From Minisyncoccota bacterium (lineage in GTDB: Bacteria > Patescibacteriota > Minisyncoccia > Phycocordibacterales > UBA9973), in the NCBI GenBank assembly GCA_028718635.1, contig JAQULK010000001.1:242944-306943 (forward strand): a stretch of DNA of 64,000 bases, written 5' to 3'. The notes under the pieces are model-generated. The model worked only from the letters and a program-made list of their open reading frames with translations, was not told where the DNA came from and did not search any database. This document shows, piece after piece, positions 46,487 through 56,375 of the stretch. Each line of letters starts with the position of its first letter. The stretch's first letter is position 1. The position numbers were made by a program, and so were the translations under genes.

Positions 46487-46906
46487 ATGAAGAAAAAAAT
46501 AATTGTATCGGTTATCGTAGGGGTAATTATCGTTGGAGGAGGATCATTTTATGCAGGAACAAAATATGCTAGCTCTAGTAGAGCTCCCGAGGCAAATTTT
46601 ACTAGTCAGATGCGTGGTAGTCAGAGTGGTTTTGGTATGGGAATGCGAGGCGGGCAAGGACTTGGTGGGGTAACTATGGGAGAAATAATTTCTAAAGATG
46701 GTACAAGTATTACGGTTAAACTTCCTAATGGAGGATCTAGAATAGTTTTCTTTACTGGTAAAACGGCAATTACAAAAAATATAACTGGTTCTATTGCAGA
46801 CCTTGTAGTAAATGAAAATGTAGTAGTTAATGGTTCAGCTAACACAGATGGAAGTATTAATGCACAAACGATTCAATTAGGCTCTATCTCCAATTTAAAT
46901 AAGTGA
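46487..46906 (+). CDS. secreted or membrane-anchored hypothetical protein
   Basis: N-terminal hydrophobic segment followed by a Gly-rich region. Confidence 0.3.
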   Translation: MKKKIIVSVIVGVIIVGGGSFYAGTKYASSSRAPEANFTSQMRGSQSGFGMGMRGGQGLGGVTMGEIISKDGTSITVKLPNGGSRIVFFTGKTAITKNITGSIADLVVNENVVVNGSANTDGSINAQTIQLGSISNLNK

Positions 46907-47282
46907 TCGTTAACTGCAAGACAGTCGCAAAAGTAACCCAAAGTAGATAGGGGATTTGAATGTATGATAAATAGGGAGCGTGCGGATATATGGCAATTAT
47001 TGCCCAGATTAAAGTTCCTAAAACAAAAAGAATATCAAAAGCAGCAAGTAAATTATTTTGTAATCCGAATTGCAGTGGAGTAAATGCAAGATTGAAAATT
47101 ATATTTAAAATAAATGGCAAAGCTACGGTAAATGGAATCTGTTTCTGCCAAGTCATCAGAAATACTTTGCCGAAAGAAAAAATAATTAAGACATAAAGAA
47201 AACTCCAAACTGGCCCGAAGAGCCATGCAGGCGGGGACCATGAGGGCTTGATAAGTTGCGAATACCAATTATATGTATTCAT
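46884..47282 (-). CDS. tryptophan-rich sensory protein TspO/MBR family
   Basis: LIKPSWSPPAWLFGPVWSFLY matches the TspO signature. Confidence 0.65.
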   Translation of the reverse strand: MNTYNWYSQLIKPSWSPPAWLFGPVWSFLYVLIIFSFGKVFLMTWQKQIPFTVALPFILNIIFNLAFTPLQFGLQNNLLAAFDILFVLGTLIWAIIAIYPHAPYLSYIQIPYLLWVTFATVLQLTITYLNWR

Positions 47283-47334
47283 TATTAAATTTTAACATAG
47301 ATAGAATTTTTTTTCTTCTATTTTTTAAACATTT

Positions 47335-47838
47335 TTATTTCCACCTAGCCAGCTGGGCTTTTTTGATATTAGTTCTTTGGGCTATTTTCTGCTTCAGAGT
47401 AGGTTTTGAACTTTCAGGGACATTCGCTCGGGGATAAGCTTTAAAAATATCGCCTTTAACTCGAAGGATTGGTCCTCTTAAGTTTTTGAGAACCGATTTT
47501 GCCTTAGCTTCTTTAATTATCAGTTCTCGATCTCTTATCTTCGCATCTTCTTTGGAGACTAACCATGCGACGGTATCCCATGAACCACTTGAACGTCTCC
47601 CCGCCAATCTTTCAAGTCCGCCTTTTCTGCCTACATCTTGAATGCGAAAAGTTTTAAATTCGCTTTTAGGACGCACTTCAATTCTGAAGAATTTTCCTTT
47701 GCCGGTAGTCCCGGGCTTTTGTCTGGCCATACCTTCCGGCTGAGCCAGAGCATGTTGCCTGTGAGTCATACTTTTCCATTTTGCTTGCGCCTTTTTTATA
47801 TTCTTTTTTGCCGCTACTTGCTGTTTTTTTGTAGCCAT
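47335..47838 (-). CDS. basic hypothetical protein
   Basis: 167-aa Lys/Arg-rich ORF. Confidence 0.35.
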   Translation of the reverse strand: MATKKQQVAAKKNIKKAQAKWKSMTHRQHALAQPEGMARQKPGTTGKGKFFRIEVRPKSEFKTFRIQDVGRKGGLERLAGRRSSGSWDTVAWLVSKEDAKIRDRELIIKEAKAKSVLKNLRGPILRVKGDIFKAYPRANVPESSKPTLKQKIAQRTNIKKAQLARWK

Positions 47839-47996
47839 AATTTTATATTTTATATTTATTAAGTTTTTTAATAGGATTCATTTTTGCGTTTTTCACCACG
47901 CCTTCGAGCCGAGGAGGCCGAGTGAGGTGGTTTGATTCGCGCAGAAATTTCTTTTTATCTATTAGTTTATGTTTTTTCATTAATTATTATTTATGG

Positions 47997-48374
47997 TTAA
48001 TGTGTTGTTGAAACACTTGCGCTGGTTTCACCTATCATGGTGTGAATTACTGGAGCAAGGAGTATCAAAGCATAAGCCAACCAATATTCCCACCTACCGA
48101 ACAAATCAGCCATAAATCGCATACTAATTAACAAGTCAAGCACCACTCCTACGATAACCCAAGAAACACCATAACCAAAAGCGGTAGAAGGTTTCAGCGA
48201 TTTTGCATCCGGTGTAAACAAATAGGACAGAACTCCGGCAGCAAGCACAATAATTATTTTAGAAATTACAGAGTCAAACAAAGAAAGACTTATTAAGAGC
48301 CAAACAAAAGCAAACATTATTACCCAGATCAAAGCTCCGTAACCTGCTACCTTAAACCAATTAAATTTTTCCAT
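47997..48374 (-). CDS. membrane protein (hypothetical)
   Basis: About 4 TM helices. Confidence 0.35.
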   Translation of the reverse strand: MEKFNWFKVAGYGALIWVIMFAFVWLLISLSLFDSVISKIIIVLAAGVLSYLFTPDAKSLKPSTAFGYGVSWVIVGVVLDLLISMRFMADLFGRWEYWLAYALILLAPVIHTMIGETSASVSTTH

Positions 48375-48546
48375 AAAATTATTTTTATTAAATTTATAAT
48401 ATTTCCTTATTTATAAGGTTCGACCATTATTGCAGTATATTTTCAACTTCATTTCTTAATTTATCATTAACAAAGATGGTCCCTCGGGTGTTGCAATCTG
48501 GGACATACATTGTATAGTATGATAGTTAAGCGTTAATGTTAAAATT

Positions 48547-49032
48547 ATGACCTTTTTTGATAAAATAAAACAAAAAATTTGGGACTTTTTTTATGGTTTT
48601 TTTCTGCCAATTCGTAAATTTCTTTTAAAAACTGGAATTATTTGGCATAAAAAAGGCAGGCAGAGATATCATATCGGATGGCTGGCTTCTGGGAAAACTT
48701 TAGAGGATTTAAAAAAACATCTTCATGACGAGTGGGGTTTTGGTAATCATTTCATTGCTTGGATAGATGAAGATCAAGTTTTGAGTTGGCGAAAATTAAC
48801 CGATTTTCAAGATCAATATCATCTGCGTGTTTACAGAGATGGAGAGATATGCGGGCATTTTGAATTTACTCCTGAAGCGCATCCGCTTGAGCATATGGAA
48901 GAAAAAGGGGAGGTAGATAAAAAAGAAGATTTTTTAAAATTTCTCGGAGATTTTGTGACACAAGAAAAATATATCTCATGTCTTAAAATGGATCCGAATG
49001 CTTTTGATCCAAAGTCAGAAATTACATTTTAG
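48547..49032 (+). CDS. hypothetical protein
   Basis: 161-aa ORF. Confidence 0.3.
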   Translation: MTFFDKIKQKIWDFFYGFFLPIRKFLLKTGIIWHKKGRQRYHIGWLASGKTLEDLKKHLHDEWGFGNHFIAWIDEDQVLSWRKLTDFQDQYHLRVYRDGEICGHFEFTPEAHPLEHMEEKGEVDKKEDFLKFLGDFVTQEKYISCLKMDPNAFDPKSEITF

Positions 49033-50251
49033 ACTCTGGCAATATTAAATCCCAAAGTTTGCCGGCGACGTTGTTTGGTTTTCCAAAAAGAGGATAATGA
49101 TGCAGGTCGATAAATGGCAAGCTGTTGCATTCGATGATTCCACAGTGTTGTTCCCTGCCTGTCCGGTAGGCAGGTTCTTTCCATGATTTTGTAATGTCTT
49201 CAATTATAAAATCAATACCGACAAGCGGGTCATTAAGAAATTTAGCCGCGTGTTCAAGCATTTCTACGTTTTCTGGGTGAGTGATATCTGTGACTTCGGT
49301 CGTAGTGCCTCCGCATCCCCGGCTTGTTTTTTGGGAAAACGTTACCACTTTATTTTTCTCTATCACATCCTCGAGTTTCACCTTTTGTCTTTTGAGTTCT
49401 TCCTCCGCCTCTTTATCAATAATTATTTTATGGAAAATCGGGCCATTACGTTCTGGTCTTCTGTTTTCTTCCTCCAACAATTCTTTTACGGTATTTATCC
49501 CATTGCCGATTACTTCAGGCTGGTCGCGTTTGATCACTCCGGCTAATTTTCCTCCGATTAAAGTTCCTCGGAAAAGATATCCCCGCAATTCTTCTTCTAC
49601 CACGACAAGCGGGGAGAGTTTCTTGGCTTTTCTAAAACCGATCATTAAATCTTCCGGCGTGTTTATGTGGATCATAGTGTGCCGACTGCGGGAACCGAGG
49701 TTAGGCTTGGTAATCACAGGTCTTTTTTTGGGCTTGGTTATATCATTAAAAATCTTAAGCGCAGTTTTTTTCGTAAAAGCAACTCCTCCACGCGCTACTG
49801 GCAAACCTTCTTTTAAGAATTTTGTTTTCATAATACCTTTATTGTCCATCCATTTTAAAGCAGGGGATTCTTTGAAACCTGGTCTTGGCAAGCCGTCGAA
49901 AATTATTATTTTTTTCTGATTGTCTTTTTGATACTCTGCCACAAAGCCGTCTTGAACTGGACCTAAATGAAATTCTCGCATTTTTATCCCGCGTTTTTCC
50001 GCTTCTTCCCAAAAACATTTCGTCCGCCAGGTGTCTTTGTCGTCAGGTTCATTAGAAAAGTGTCCAAGTTTTAAAAAAACCATTAAATTGAAAAAAGGAA
50101 GGGTAATTTTATCAGAAATTGTTTCCGCTGTATTCTTAAAAAGATATTCCATCAAATTAAAAAACGGCTCATCTATCCAGCCTAAAATCACTGAGGTATA
50201 CGCTACGAAATGATTTTCTTGCGCTGGTTCGCAGTCTTTACAGTGTTTCAT
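49022..50251 (-). CDS. ATP-grasp domain protein (cyanophycin-synthetase/RimK-like)
   Basis: Central ATP-grasp-like region VVVEEELRGYLFRGTLIGGKLAGVIKR ... GIIECNSLP. Confidence 0.4.
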   Translation of the reverse strand: MKHCKDCEPAQENHFVAYTSVILGWIDEPFFNLMEYLFKNTAETISDKITLPFFNLMVFLKLGHFSNEPDDKDTWRTKCFWEEAEKRGIKMREFHLGPVQDGFVAEYQKDNQKKIIIFDGLPRPGFKESPALKWMDNKGIMKTKFLKEGLPVARGGVAFTKKTALKIFNDITKPKKRPVITKPNLGSRSRHTMIHINTPEDLMIGFRKAKKLSPLVVVEEELRGYLFRGTLIGGKLAGVIKRDQPEVIGNGINTVKELLEEENRRPERNGPIFHKIIIDKEAEEELKRQKVKLEDVIEKNKVVTFSQKTSRGCGGTTTEVTDITHPENVEMLEHAAKFLNDPLVGIDFIIEDITKSWKEPAYRTGREQHCGIIECNSLPFIDLHHYPLFGKPNNVAGKLWDLILPESKM

Positions 50252-50915
50252 CTTCTTTTTTTAGAAATAATTTCCAATCTTTTTTGAACAAAAACTTGCA
50301 TATATGGAAAATAGAGAAAGTAATGAAATATGCCGACAATACGTCTATAGAATAATGCAGATGTCCGAGCAGAACGACAATGGCGAACATAACAGAGAAA
50401 GCCAAGAAAATAAAACGTAACATCTCATCTTCCCAGAATATTAAAGCTAGAAGAAATGGAATCCCCGTATGTCCAGAAAAGAAAAGGTCGTTGCCGGTAA
50501 AGATGCCATTAAAAACTTCTCTATTAAAAAAAGGCGAGTCTATCACCACTCGCGTAGGGAACGGGCTGATGTGCGTGAGGCTGATAAAAACTGATCTGAT
50601 AAAAGTAAAAACAGCGATGCTCTTCATCAGAAAAGGCGCGCGATTAGGTTTGTTCAACGCTATGAAAGCGCCTATCGCCACTAATAAGATAGCTCCCCAG
50701 ACGAAAATAACCGACACGTCATACACTCGAGTATTGCTGAGGATAATATCCGTGACAGAAGAGCTCGCAGAACGGTTGACGTAAATACTTATGTAAAATT
50801 GCGTTACGAGACTGGCTGCCAGTAGCACCATACCGCTCAGGAAAGAGATTATGAATTTTTTGTCAGAAAAATAAGTTTTATACGTCTGCCACATGCATTT
50901 AGTATACCCCAACAC
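50238..50915 (-). CDS. PAP2-superfamily membrane phosphatase-like protein
   Basis: FFSGHTGIPF and HLHYSIDV resemble PAP2 motifs 2 and 3. Multiple TM segments. Confidence 0.45.
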   Translation of the reverse strand: MLGYTKCMWQTYKTYFSDKKFIISFLSGMVLLAASLVTQFYISIYVNRSASSSVTDIILSNTRVYDVSVIFVWGAILLVAIGAFIALNKPNRAPFLMKSIAVFTFIRSVFISLTHISPFPTRVVIDSPFFNREVFNGIFTGNDLFFSGHTGIPFLLALIFWEDEMLRFIFLAFSVMFAIVVLLGHLHYSIDVLSAYFITFSIFHICKFLFKKDWKLFLKKEDETL

Positions 50916-50968
50916 TTATTTTAATTCAAAATTTAAAATAAGTGTACGGGTATAGCAAAAAGTACTTT

Positions 50969-51787
50969 TTAAGAAAATACCCCTTTGTTTTTTTCTATAA
51001 AAGACTCTATAGTTTCAGATGTCTTTTTAACGTCTTTAATCATAAAAAAATGGTCAGTATCTGGCAGAAGTATAATTTCTGAATCTTTTATTTTTCTGGA
51101 CAAAATAATTGAGTTATCCGATACCGCTAAAGTGTCTCTTTTTCCGTGCATAAAAAGGATCGGTATCTTTATTTGCTCCAGGGCGTATTCCTGTTTAGGA
51201 AGCATGCATTGTTTTAAACAATGTAAATAAACTCGTAAGGTTGTGTTTGGAATATCTGCCAAAATTCTTTTAATATCCCAATCGGTAGTATTTTGATGTT
51301 TAGTGTAGTCTATATGGCTACCTTTTCTATGATTAAATGGGAATAAATTTAAAATAGAAGTGAGTTTTAAAAATTGTCGTAAAATTTTCTTCGCGTATTT
51401 TTTGTTTGGATTAAAAATTGGCGATAATAAAACACCTGCCAATACCTTTTCTCCATAAAGCCTAGTGTATTCAAGAGCTATAAGCGTGCCAAACGAATGA
51501 CTAACTAAGATTAATTTTGAAATATTTAAATGCATGATTAAATTATGTAAATCTTCCGCAAATCTTTTTATTTCATAATCGGAAAAACTAGGATATTTTT
51601 TTGACTTCCCATGTCCGCGGATATCGTAAGTTAAAATATTGTATTTACTTTCAAATATTTTCTCATATGGAATCCAGACAGAGGATGAACCTGAAAGCCC
51701 ATGAATAAATACTAAAGTTGGTCGATTTTGTTCAAAAGTGTTTATTCTATAATATAAACCTTTTTCTTTTAAATATGATTCTTTCAT
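50969..51787 (-). CDS. alpha/beta hydrolase
   Basis: VFIHGLSGSSSVW and VSHSFGT nucleophile elbow. Confidence 0.6.
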   Translation of the reverse strand: MKESYLKEKGLYYRINTFEQNRPTLVFIHGLSGSSSVWIPYEKIFESKYNILTYDIRGHGKSKKYPSFSDYEIKRFAEDLHNLIMHLNISKLILVSHSFGTLIALEYTRLYGEKVLAGVLLSPIFNPNKKYAKKILRQFLKLTSILNLFPFNHRKGSHIDYTKHQNTTDWDIKRILADIPNTTLRVYLHCLKQCMLPKQEYALEQIKIPILFMHGKRDTLAVSDNSIILSRKIKDSEIILLPDTDHFFMIKDVKKTSETIESFIEKNKGVFS

Positions 51788-51792
51788 TGTTA

Positions 51793-52530
51793 TTACCTTA
51801 TGTCTTTATACGACTTTGTAACAGACTTTTTTGTAAACACTTGAGAAAAGAAATTTAGAATATAAATAAAAGTTGTCTTTGCCATACCCTGACCGTGCAT
51901 CCTTCTTGCAGAGGAATATACAACAAAACCTAACTTAAATTTTACCTTTCCATGTTTACTAGCGCGACGGGCTATATTAGTGTCGTCTCCGTAGAATATG
52001 GTTGTATCAAATCCGCCTATTTTTTTAAGTGTTTCTTTTTTAATTACTAAATTCCCATTCATAGCCATATATCCTACGAAAAGATAAACAGGATAGGCAA
52101 AGTACCAAAACAATAAGGACAAAAATTGTTTAGATTTTGAAAAATCATAGTATATATACGGTCCGCTCAAGCACACAAGTTCTGAATTATTTTCGAATTC
52201 TTTTATTAAGATATTAATCCAATTTTTTGGTATATGATTATCAGCATCTATGAACGCTAAAATATCTCCACTGGAAACTTCAAAACCCTTTTGTCTGGCA
52301 AAATTCGCTCCTTTTTGTATTTCCTGTACGACTTTTACTCCCGGAATTTTCTCTGCTATCTCCTTGGTTCGATCAGTGCTGTTATTGTCGACAACTATTA
52401 TTTCATGTAATTTTCTAGAAGAATTTTCCATAGCCTTTTCCAGACATGTTTTAATATAATTTTCTTCATTATATGCACAGATGATAAGACTAATTTTCAT
52501 ATTTTTAAAATTTAACGAATTTCTTCCCAA
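51793..52530 (-). CDS. family 2 glycosyltransferase
   Basis: ISLIICAYNEENYI ... DADN. Confidence 0.7.
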   Translation of the reverse strand: MGRNSLNFKNMKISLIICAYNEENYIKTCLEKAMENSSRKLHEIIVVDNNSTDRTKEIAEKIPGVKVVQEIQKGANFARQKGFEVSSGDILAFIDADNHIPKNWINILIKEFENNSELVCLSGPYIYYDFSKSKQFLSLLFWYFAYPVYLFVGYMAMNGNLVIKKETLKKIGGFDTTIFYGDDTNIARRASKHGKVKFKLGFVVYSSARRMHGQGMAKTTFIYILNFFSQVFTKKSVTKSYKDIR

Positions 52531-53234
52531 ACTTCATGATAAGAATGTTTTTTTGTCATGACTGTTAGTCCATTTATAGTCCAATTAAAAAGTAATTTAG
52601 GCCAGCCTATTTTATGCGCCCTTCTACCTGGATGCATAATTTTGAGTGACATTTCTATCCTTGTTTTACCCTTTTTTGCCAAACGTTGAAACATATCAAT
52701 ATCTTCTGCCACGGCTATTTTTTCATTATATCCCCTGAGTTCTTTAAAAGCCGAAGCTCTGATCATTTGAAATTCACCGCTTGCTCCACCAAAACCAACA
52801 ACATTATTTAAAAAGAAATTAATATAATCAAATGCCCCTAAAATTATTTTATCAGCCAATGTTTCTACATCCTTATGAATTTTAATACGAGTTGTTAGTC
52901 CGGTTAATTCTTTTTGTTCTTCGAAAAGTTTAACGGTTTTTTTAAAAAAATTATTTATATTAGGAATTTCAACATCTGCGTCTAGAAAAACCAGAAGCTC
53001 CTTTGATGCAATAGACGCTCCTAAATTTCTGCCGTGGCTAATAGTCTGTCTGGTCATACCCTCATAAACTATTACCTTTGCTCCGTGTTTTTTAGCAATT
53101 TCAATTGTTTTGTCTTTGCTTCTTCCATCAGAAATTATTATTTCATAATCAAAATCTCTAAGTTCTTTTAAAGTTAGAAGAGTTTTTTCAATAATTTTTT
53201 CTTCATTTAGAGTTGGAATAATGATTGAAATCAT
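52512..53234 (-). CDS. family 2 glycosyltransferase
   Basis: ISIIIPTLNEEKII ... DADV. Confidence 0.7.
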   Translation of the reverse strand: MISIIIPTLNEEKIIEKTLLTLKELRDFDYEIIISDGRSKDKTIEIAKKHGAKVIVYEGMTRQTISHGRNLGASIASKELLVFLDADVEIPNINNFFKKTVKLFEEQKELTGLTTRIKIHKDVETLADKIILGAFDYINFFLNNVVGFGGASGEFQMIRASAFKELRGYNEKIAVAEDIDMFQRLAKKGKTRIEMSLKIMHPGRRAHKIGWPKLLFNWTINGLTVMTKKHSYHEVWEEIR

Positions 53235-53827
53235 AAAGATTCGTCTATAGGCATTTTATTACGAACATATCTAGTAATACTTACTAATACCACAAATATT
53301 ATAACTATCAAAGACAAAATTCCTAATTTACCCAAAAAGCTATCCACTTTTAAGTAAAAATTTCCCAAATAAAATCCAATTGACATCAAAACGGCAACCC
53401 ATACTAATTCTCCCAGAGCATTCCAAAAAATAAATTTTTTTATGGGAATTTTTACCAATCCCGCAGTGATTAATGTGACTAGCGAAAAACCAAAACCCAT
53501 GGTTATTTTTGAGATAAAAAGAATTTTTGCGCTGTGTTTATGGAATATTTTTTTTACTTTTAATATATTTTGTTCTGCGACGTTGAAAAATTTCCCGAAT
53601 TTATTTACAAAACGCATTCCAAATACATTTCCTAATTCATACCATAAAATATCTCCAAATAAATCTCCCATAACAAGTACTAAATAGGTGTATAAAAAAT
53701 TTAAATATCCAAGTTTAACTAAAAATCCAGATACCATCATTACTAGGGGACCTTCAAGTACTACTATCGGAAAAAGTATAAGATATTTCAGAGAGAGTAT
53801 TAGACTGATAATACTTGTGCTTGGCAT
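53231..53827 (-). CDS. DedA/SNARE-associated family membrane protein
   Basis: FPIVVLEGPLVMMVSGFL...GDLFGDILWYELG. Confidence 0.55.
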   Translation of the reverse strand: MPSTSIISLILSLKYLILFPIVVLEGPLVMMVSGFLVKLGYLNFLYTYLVLVMGDLFGDILWYELGNVFGMRFVNKFGKFFNVAEQNILKVKKIFHKHSAKILFISKITMGFGFSLVTLITAGLVKIPIKKFIFWNALGELVWVAVLMSIGFYLGNFYLKVDSFLGKLGILSLIVIIFVVLVSITRYVRNKMPIDESL

Positions 53828-53830
53828 AAT

Positions 53831-54250
53831 TTATTGATTTGAGAGCAGGATTCTTCTACGTAAATCACTGCTCGAAAAATTGTGATCACGGCTATTGTAA
53901 ATAACTTTCATGTTTGGTAACAAATCTCTGGAATAATTAGGTTTATATTTCCAATCTGCTCCCATGAAACGAATATCCGGATTTATTTTTTTTAAAAGAT
54001 TGTAAAGGCCAATTTCTGTATTATATACTACGATTTCATCAACATATTTACATCCTTGTAAACGAATCATTCTTTCCTCCAGTATTTCTATGGGCTTTTT
54101 TTTGTAAGGGCGATCAATTGATGGGTCAATTTCTAGTCCAACTATCAAATAGTCGCATTGTTCTTTACATTCTTTTAACATAAGCACATGTCCCGCATGT
54201 AATAAATCCATAGCGCCACAAGTAAATCCTATAATCTTAGACATATGCAC
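53831..54250 (-). CDS. cytidylyltransferase-like nucleotidyltransferase (TagD/RfaE domain II-like)
   Basis: GFTCGAMDLLHAGH HxGH motif. Confidence 0.6.
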   Translation of the reverse strand: MHMSKIIGFTCGAMDLLHAGHVLMLKECKEQCDYLIVGLEIDPSIDRPYKKKPIEILEERMIRLQGCKYVDEIVVYNTEIGLYNLLKKINPDIRFMGADWKYKPNYSRDLLPNMKVIYNSRDHNFSSSDLRRRILLSNQ

Positions 54251-54276
54251 AAATTATATACTTTTTTAGAAAATTT

Positions 54277-55014
54277 CTAATGCGCCACGGTGAAAGCGAT
54301 GATTTTTCTGGCGCCGGCTTGCTTTAGAACCTTTCGTGCTTCACTTAAGGTGGCGCCGGTGGTGGTGATGTCGTCTATTAAAATTATATTTCTATTTTTT
54401 ATTAAGCTTGTATTTTTTTCCGCACTTTTAATTGCAAACGAACCAATCAAATTTTTTAATCTAATCCGTCGATCTTTGATGCGCGCTTGGTGTTCAGTTT
54501 CTTTTATTTTTATTAAAATATTATTTTCTAATTGCAAATTTATATTTCCCTCACCCCCAGCCCCTCTCCAACTTTGTTGGAGAGGGGAGGAATGCGAAGC
54601 AGGAGGGGTGAGGTGTCTTGTTTTTGATATGCGAACTATTTCCCTGCAAATTAATTCCGCTTGATTGTATCCTCGTTCCCAGTATCTCTTAGGTGAGAGG
54701 GGAACAGGAATTAAAATAATATTGCTAAAATTTTCCATCACAGATAATTCTGAAAGTTCCTCTAAAATTTTTTCGTAAATAATTTCTGCAAAAATACTGG
54801 CTAGTCTTTTTTTACCTTTATATTTTAAAAGCCACAGCGATTTTTTAATAGGCAGGTGGCGATAGTCATAAAGAGGGAAGATCCACTTGGCGCTTTCGCG
54901 TTCAGCCGAGGGCGCATCTCTCAAACAGGTTAGACATAGGTCTGCCCCATCTTCTTCGCACAAGATGCATTTCGTGGGGAAAACTACATTTAAGATGGTG
55001 TCTAAAAAACTCAT
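54277..55014 (-). CDS. comF: ComF-family phosphoribosyltransferase (zinc finger plus PRTase) carrying an in-frame GC-rich hairpin insertion
   Basis: N-terminal CILCEEDGADLCLTC and C-terminal ILIDDITTTGATLSEA PRTase motif. The repeat segment 54547-54616 encodes TRHLTPPASHSSPLQQSWRGAGGEGN. Confidence 0.6.
   Translation of the reverse strand: MSFLDTILNVVFPTKCILCEEDGADLCLTCLRDAPSAERESAKWIFPLYDYRHLPIKKSLWLLKYKGKKRLASIFAEIIYEKILEELSELSVMENFSNIILIPVPLSPKRYWERGYNQAELICREIVRISKTRHLTPPASHSSPLQQSWRGAGGEGNINLQLENNILIKIKETEHQARIKDRRIRLKNLIGSFAIKSAEKNTSLIKNRNIILIDDITTTGATLSEARKVLKQAGARKIIAFTVAH
54547..54616. repeat. GC-rich hairpin repeat, copy C, inside the comF coding sequence (in frame)
   Basis: TCCCTCACCCCCAGCCCCTCTCCAACTTTGTTGGAGAGGGGAGG... 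belongs to the same family as 3397, 6909 and 62778. Confidence 0.65.
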
Positions 55015-55055
55015 ATGTTATACTTAAGGGATATTTTAACATATATTAAAAATGG

Positions 55056-55177
55056 ATCCCGTTAGAAGCCGCGATCGCAATTTAAAATATAAACAAAATA
55101 TGAAATCAAGGAAAATAGAAATTAATAACTTAAAATATCAGATATGCGAATTGATCGCGATCTGCTTCTAACGGGAT
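55056..55177 (+). repeat. start-codon-embedding inverted-repeat element, copy 4 (extended GC stem GAAGCCGCGATCGC), preceding pilM
   Basis: Inverted repeats at 55056-55068 and 55165-55177. ATG is at 55176. It is flanked by direct ATGGAT. Confidence 0.8.
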
Positions 55178-56309
55178 GGATAATCCATTAAAACCATTAA
55201 AAAACTTTTTTTCTGGCTTAGGCAAGCTTGGAAGCGGCGGAGAAAATTCTGCTGTAGGAATTGATATTGGTTCTTCCGCGATTAAAGTAGTTGAAATTAA
55301 GTTGAAAGAAGGCAAAGCCGTGCTGGAGACTTACGGATCGATAGCCCTTGGCCCTTATGCTGACATTGATGCCGGCGGAGTTACCAATCTCCCAGTAGAA
55401 AAAATTGTTTTAGCTTTGAAAGAAGTTTTGAAGCAATCCGACATCACAAGCACTTCTGCCGCTCTCTCTCTTCCTATCCAATCGAATTTGATTTTCACCA
55501 TTGAGCTTCCAGCCAAAATAGACGAGAAAGAAATAGCTGCCATTGTTCCCATAGAAGCCCGTAAATATATTCCAGTTCCCATCACCGAAGTTTCAGTCGA
55601 TTATTTTATCATTCCTAAAAAAGAAGCTTCTTTTGAAGAAATGAACGCCGAGGATGCGGAAAAAAAGAAAGAAAAAACAAATGTCTTGGTTGTCACGACT
55701 CAAAACGACGCCGTGGCCAAATACCGTTCAATCGTTTCCGCATGCAACCTCTCAGCTTCTTTTTTTGAAATTGAGATTTTTTCTTCCATTCGAGCAAATT
55801 TTGAACATGAGCTTTCGCCGGTTTTACTGGTTGATTTTGGCGCGTCCCGCACCAAGCTTTCCATTGTCGAATTCGGCATGGTTACAAACTATCACACCAT
55901 AGACAGGGGAGGGGCGGACATAACCAATTCCATCTCCAAATCCCTTTCCATTTCTTTTTCTGAAGCGGAAAAAATGAAAAAAGAATTCGGTTTTTTTGGA
56001 AATCCCGCAGAAAAAACCTTAGTCGATATTATCAAGGTGCACATTGATTATATTTTTTCTGAAACCAATAATGTGCTGCTTGGATATGAAAAGAAAAATA
56101 ATAGAACTATCAGCAAGGTAATATTTACAGGCGGAGGCGCCTTGATGAAAGGGCTGTCTGAAGTCGCCGTAAATAATTTTCGCGCAGAAATAGAAATCGG
56201 GCGTCCTTTTTCGAAAGTGGGCGCGCCTGCATTTTTAGAAAAAGTTTTTTCGACTATTGGTCCAGAATTTGCAGTTGCTTTGGGCTTAGCCTTGCGAAAA
56301 TTAAAATAA
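55176..56309 (+). CDS. pilM: type IV pilus assembly protein PilM (actin-like ATPase fold)
   Basis: VGIDIGSSAIKVVEIK... Confidence 0.8.
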   Translation: MDNPLKPLKNFFSGLGKLGSGGENSAVGIDIGSSAIKVVEIKLKEGKAVLETYGSIALGPYADIDAGGVTNLPVEKIVLALKEVLKQSDITSTSAALSLPIQSNLIFTIELPAKIDEKEIAAIVPIEARKYIPVPITEVSVDYFIIPKKEASFEEMNAEDAEKKKEKTNVLVVTTQNDAVAKYRSIVSACNLSASFFEIEIFSSIRANFEHELSPVLLVDFGASRTKLSIVEFGMVTNYHTIDRGGADITNSISKSLSISFSEAEKMKKEFGFFGNPAEKTLVDIIKVHIDYIFSETNNVLLGYEKKNNRTISKVIFTGGGALMKGLSEVAVNNFRAEIEIGRPFSKVGAPAFLEKVFSTIGPEFAVALGLALRKLK

Positions 56310-56375
56310 ACCCGCACACTTGTGCACAAGTGTGCGGGTAAAGTTATACACAATTTACTTCTTTGAAATCCTCTT

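Noticed and set aside
49250-49919. Plus-strand ORFs (98 and 212 aa) antisense to the ATP-grasp gene
   Set aside because: They are Ser/Leu-rich low-complexity translations of the antisense strand, and the sense ORF has ATP-grasp motifs.
54290-54664. 124-aa + strand ORF overlapping comF
   Set aside because: It is antisense to a gene with clear ComF zinc-finger and PRTase motifs.
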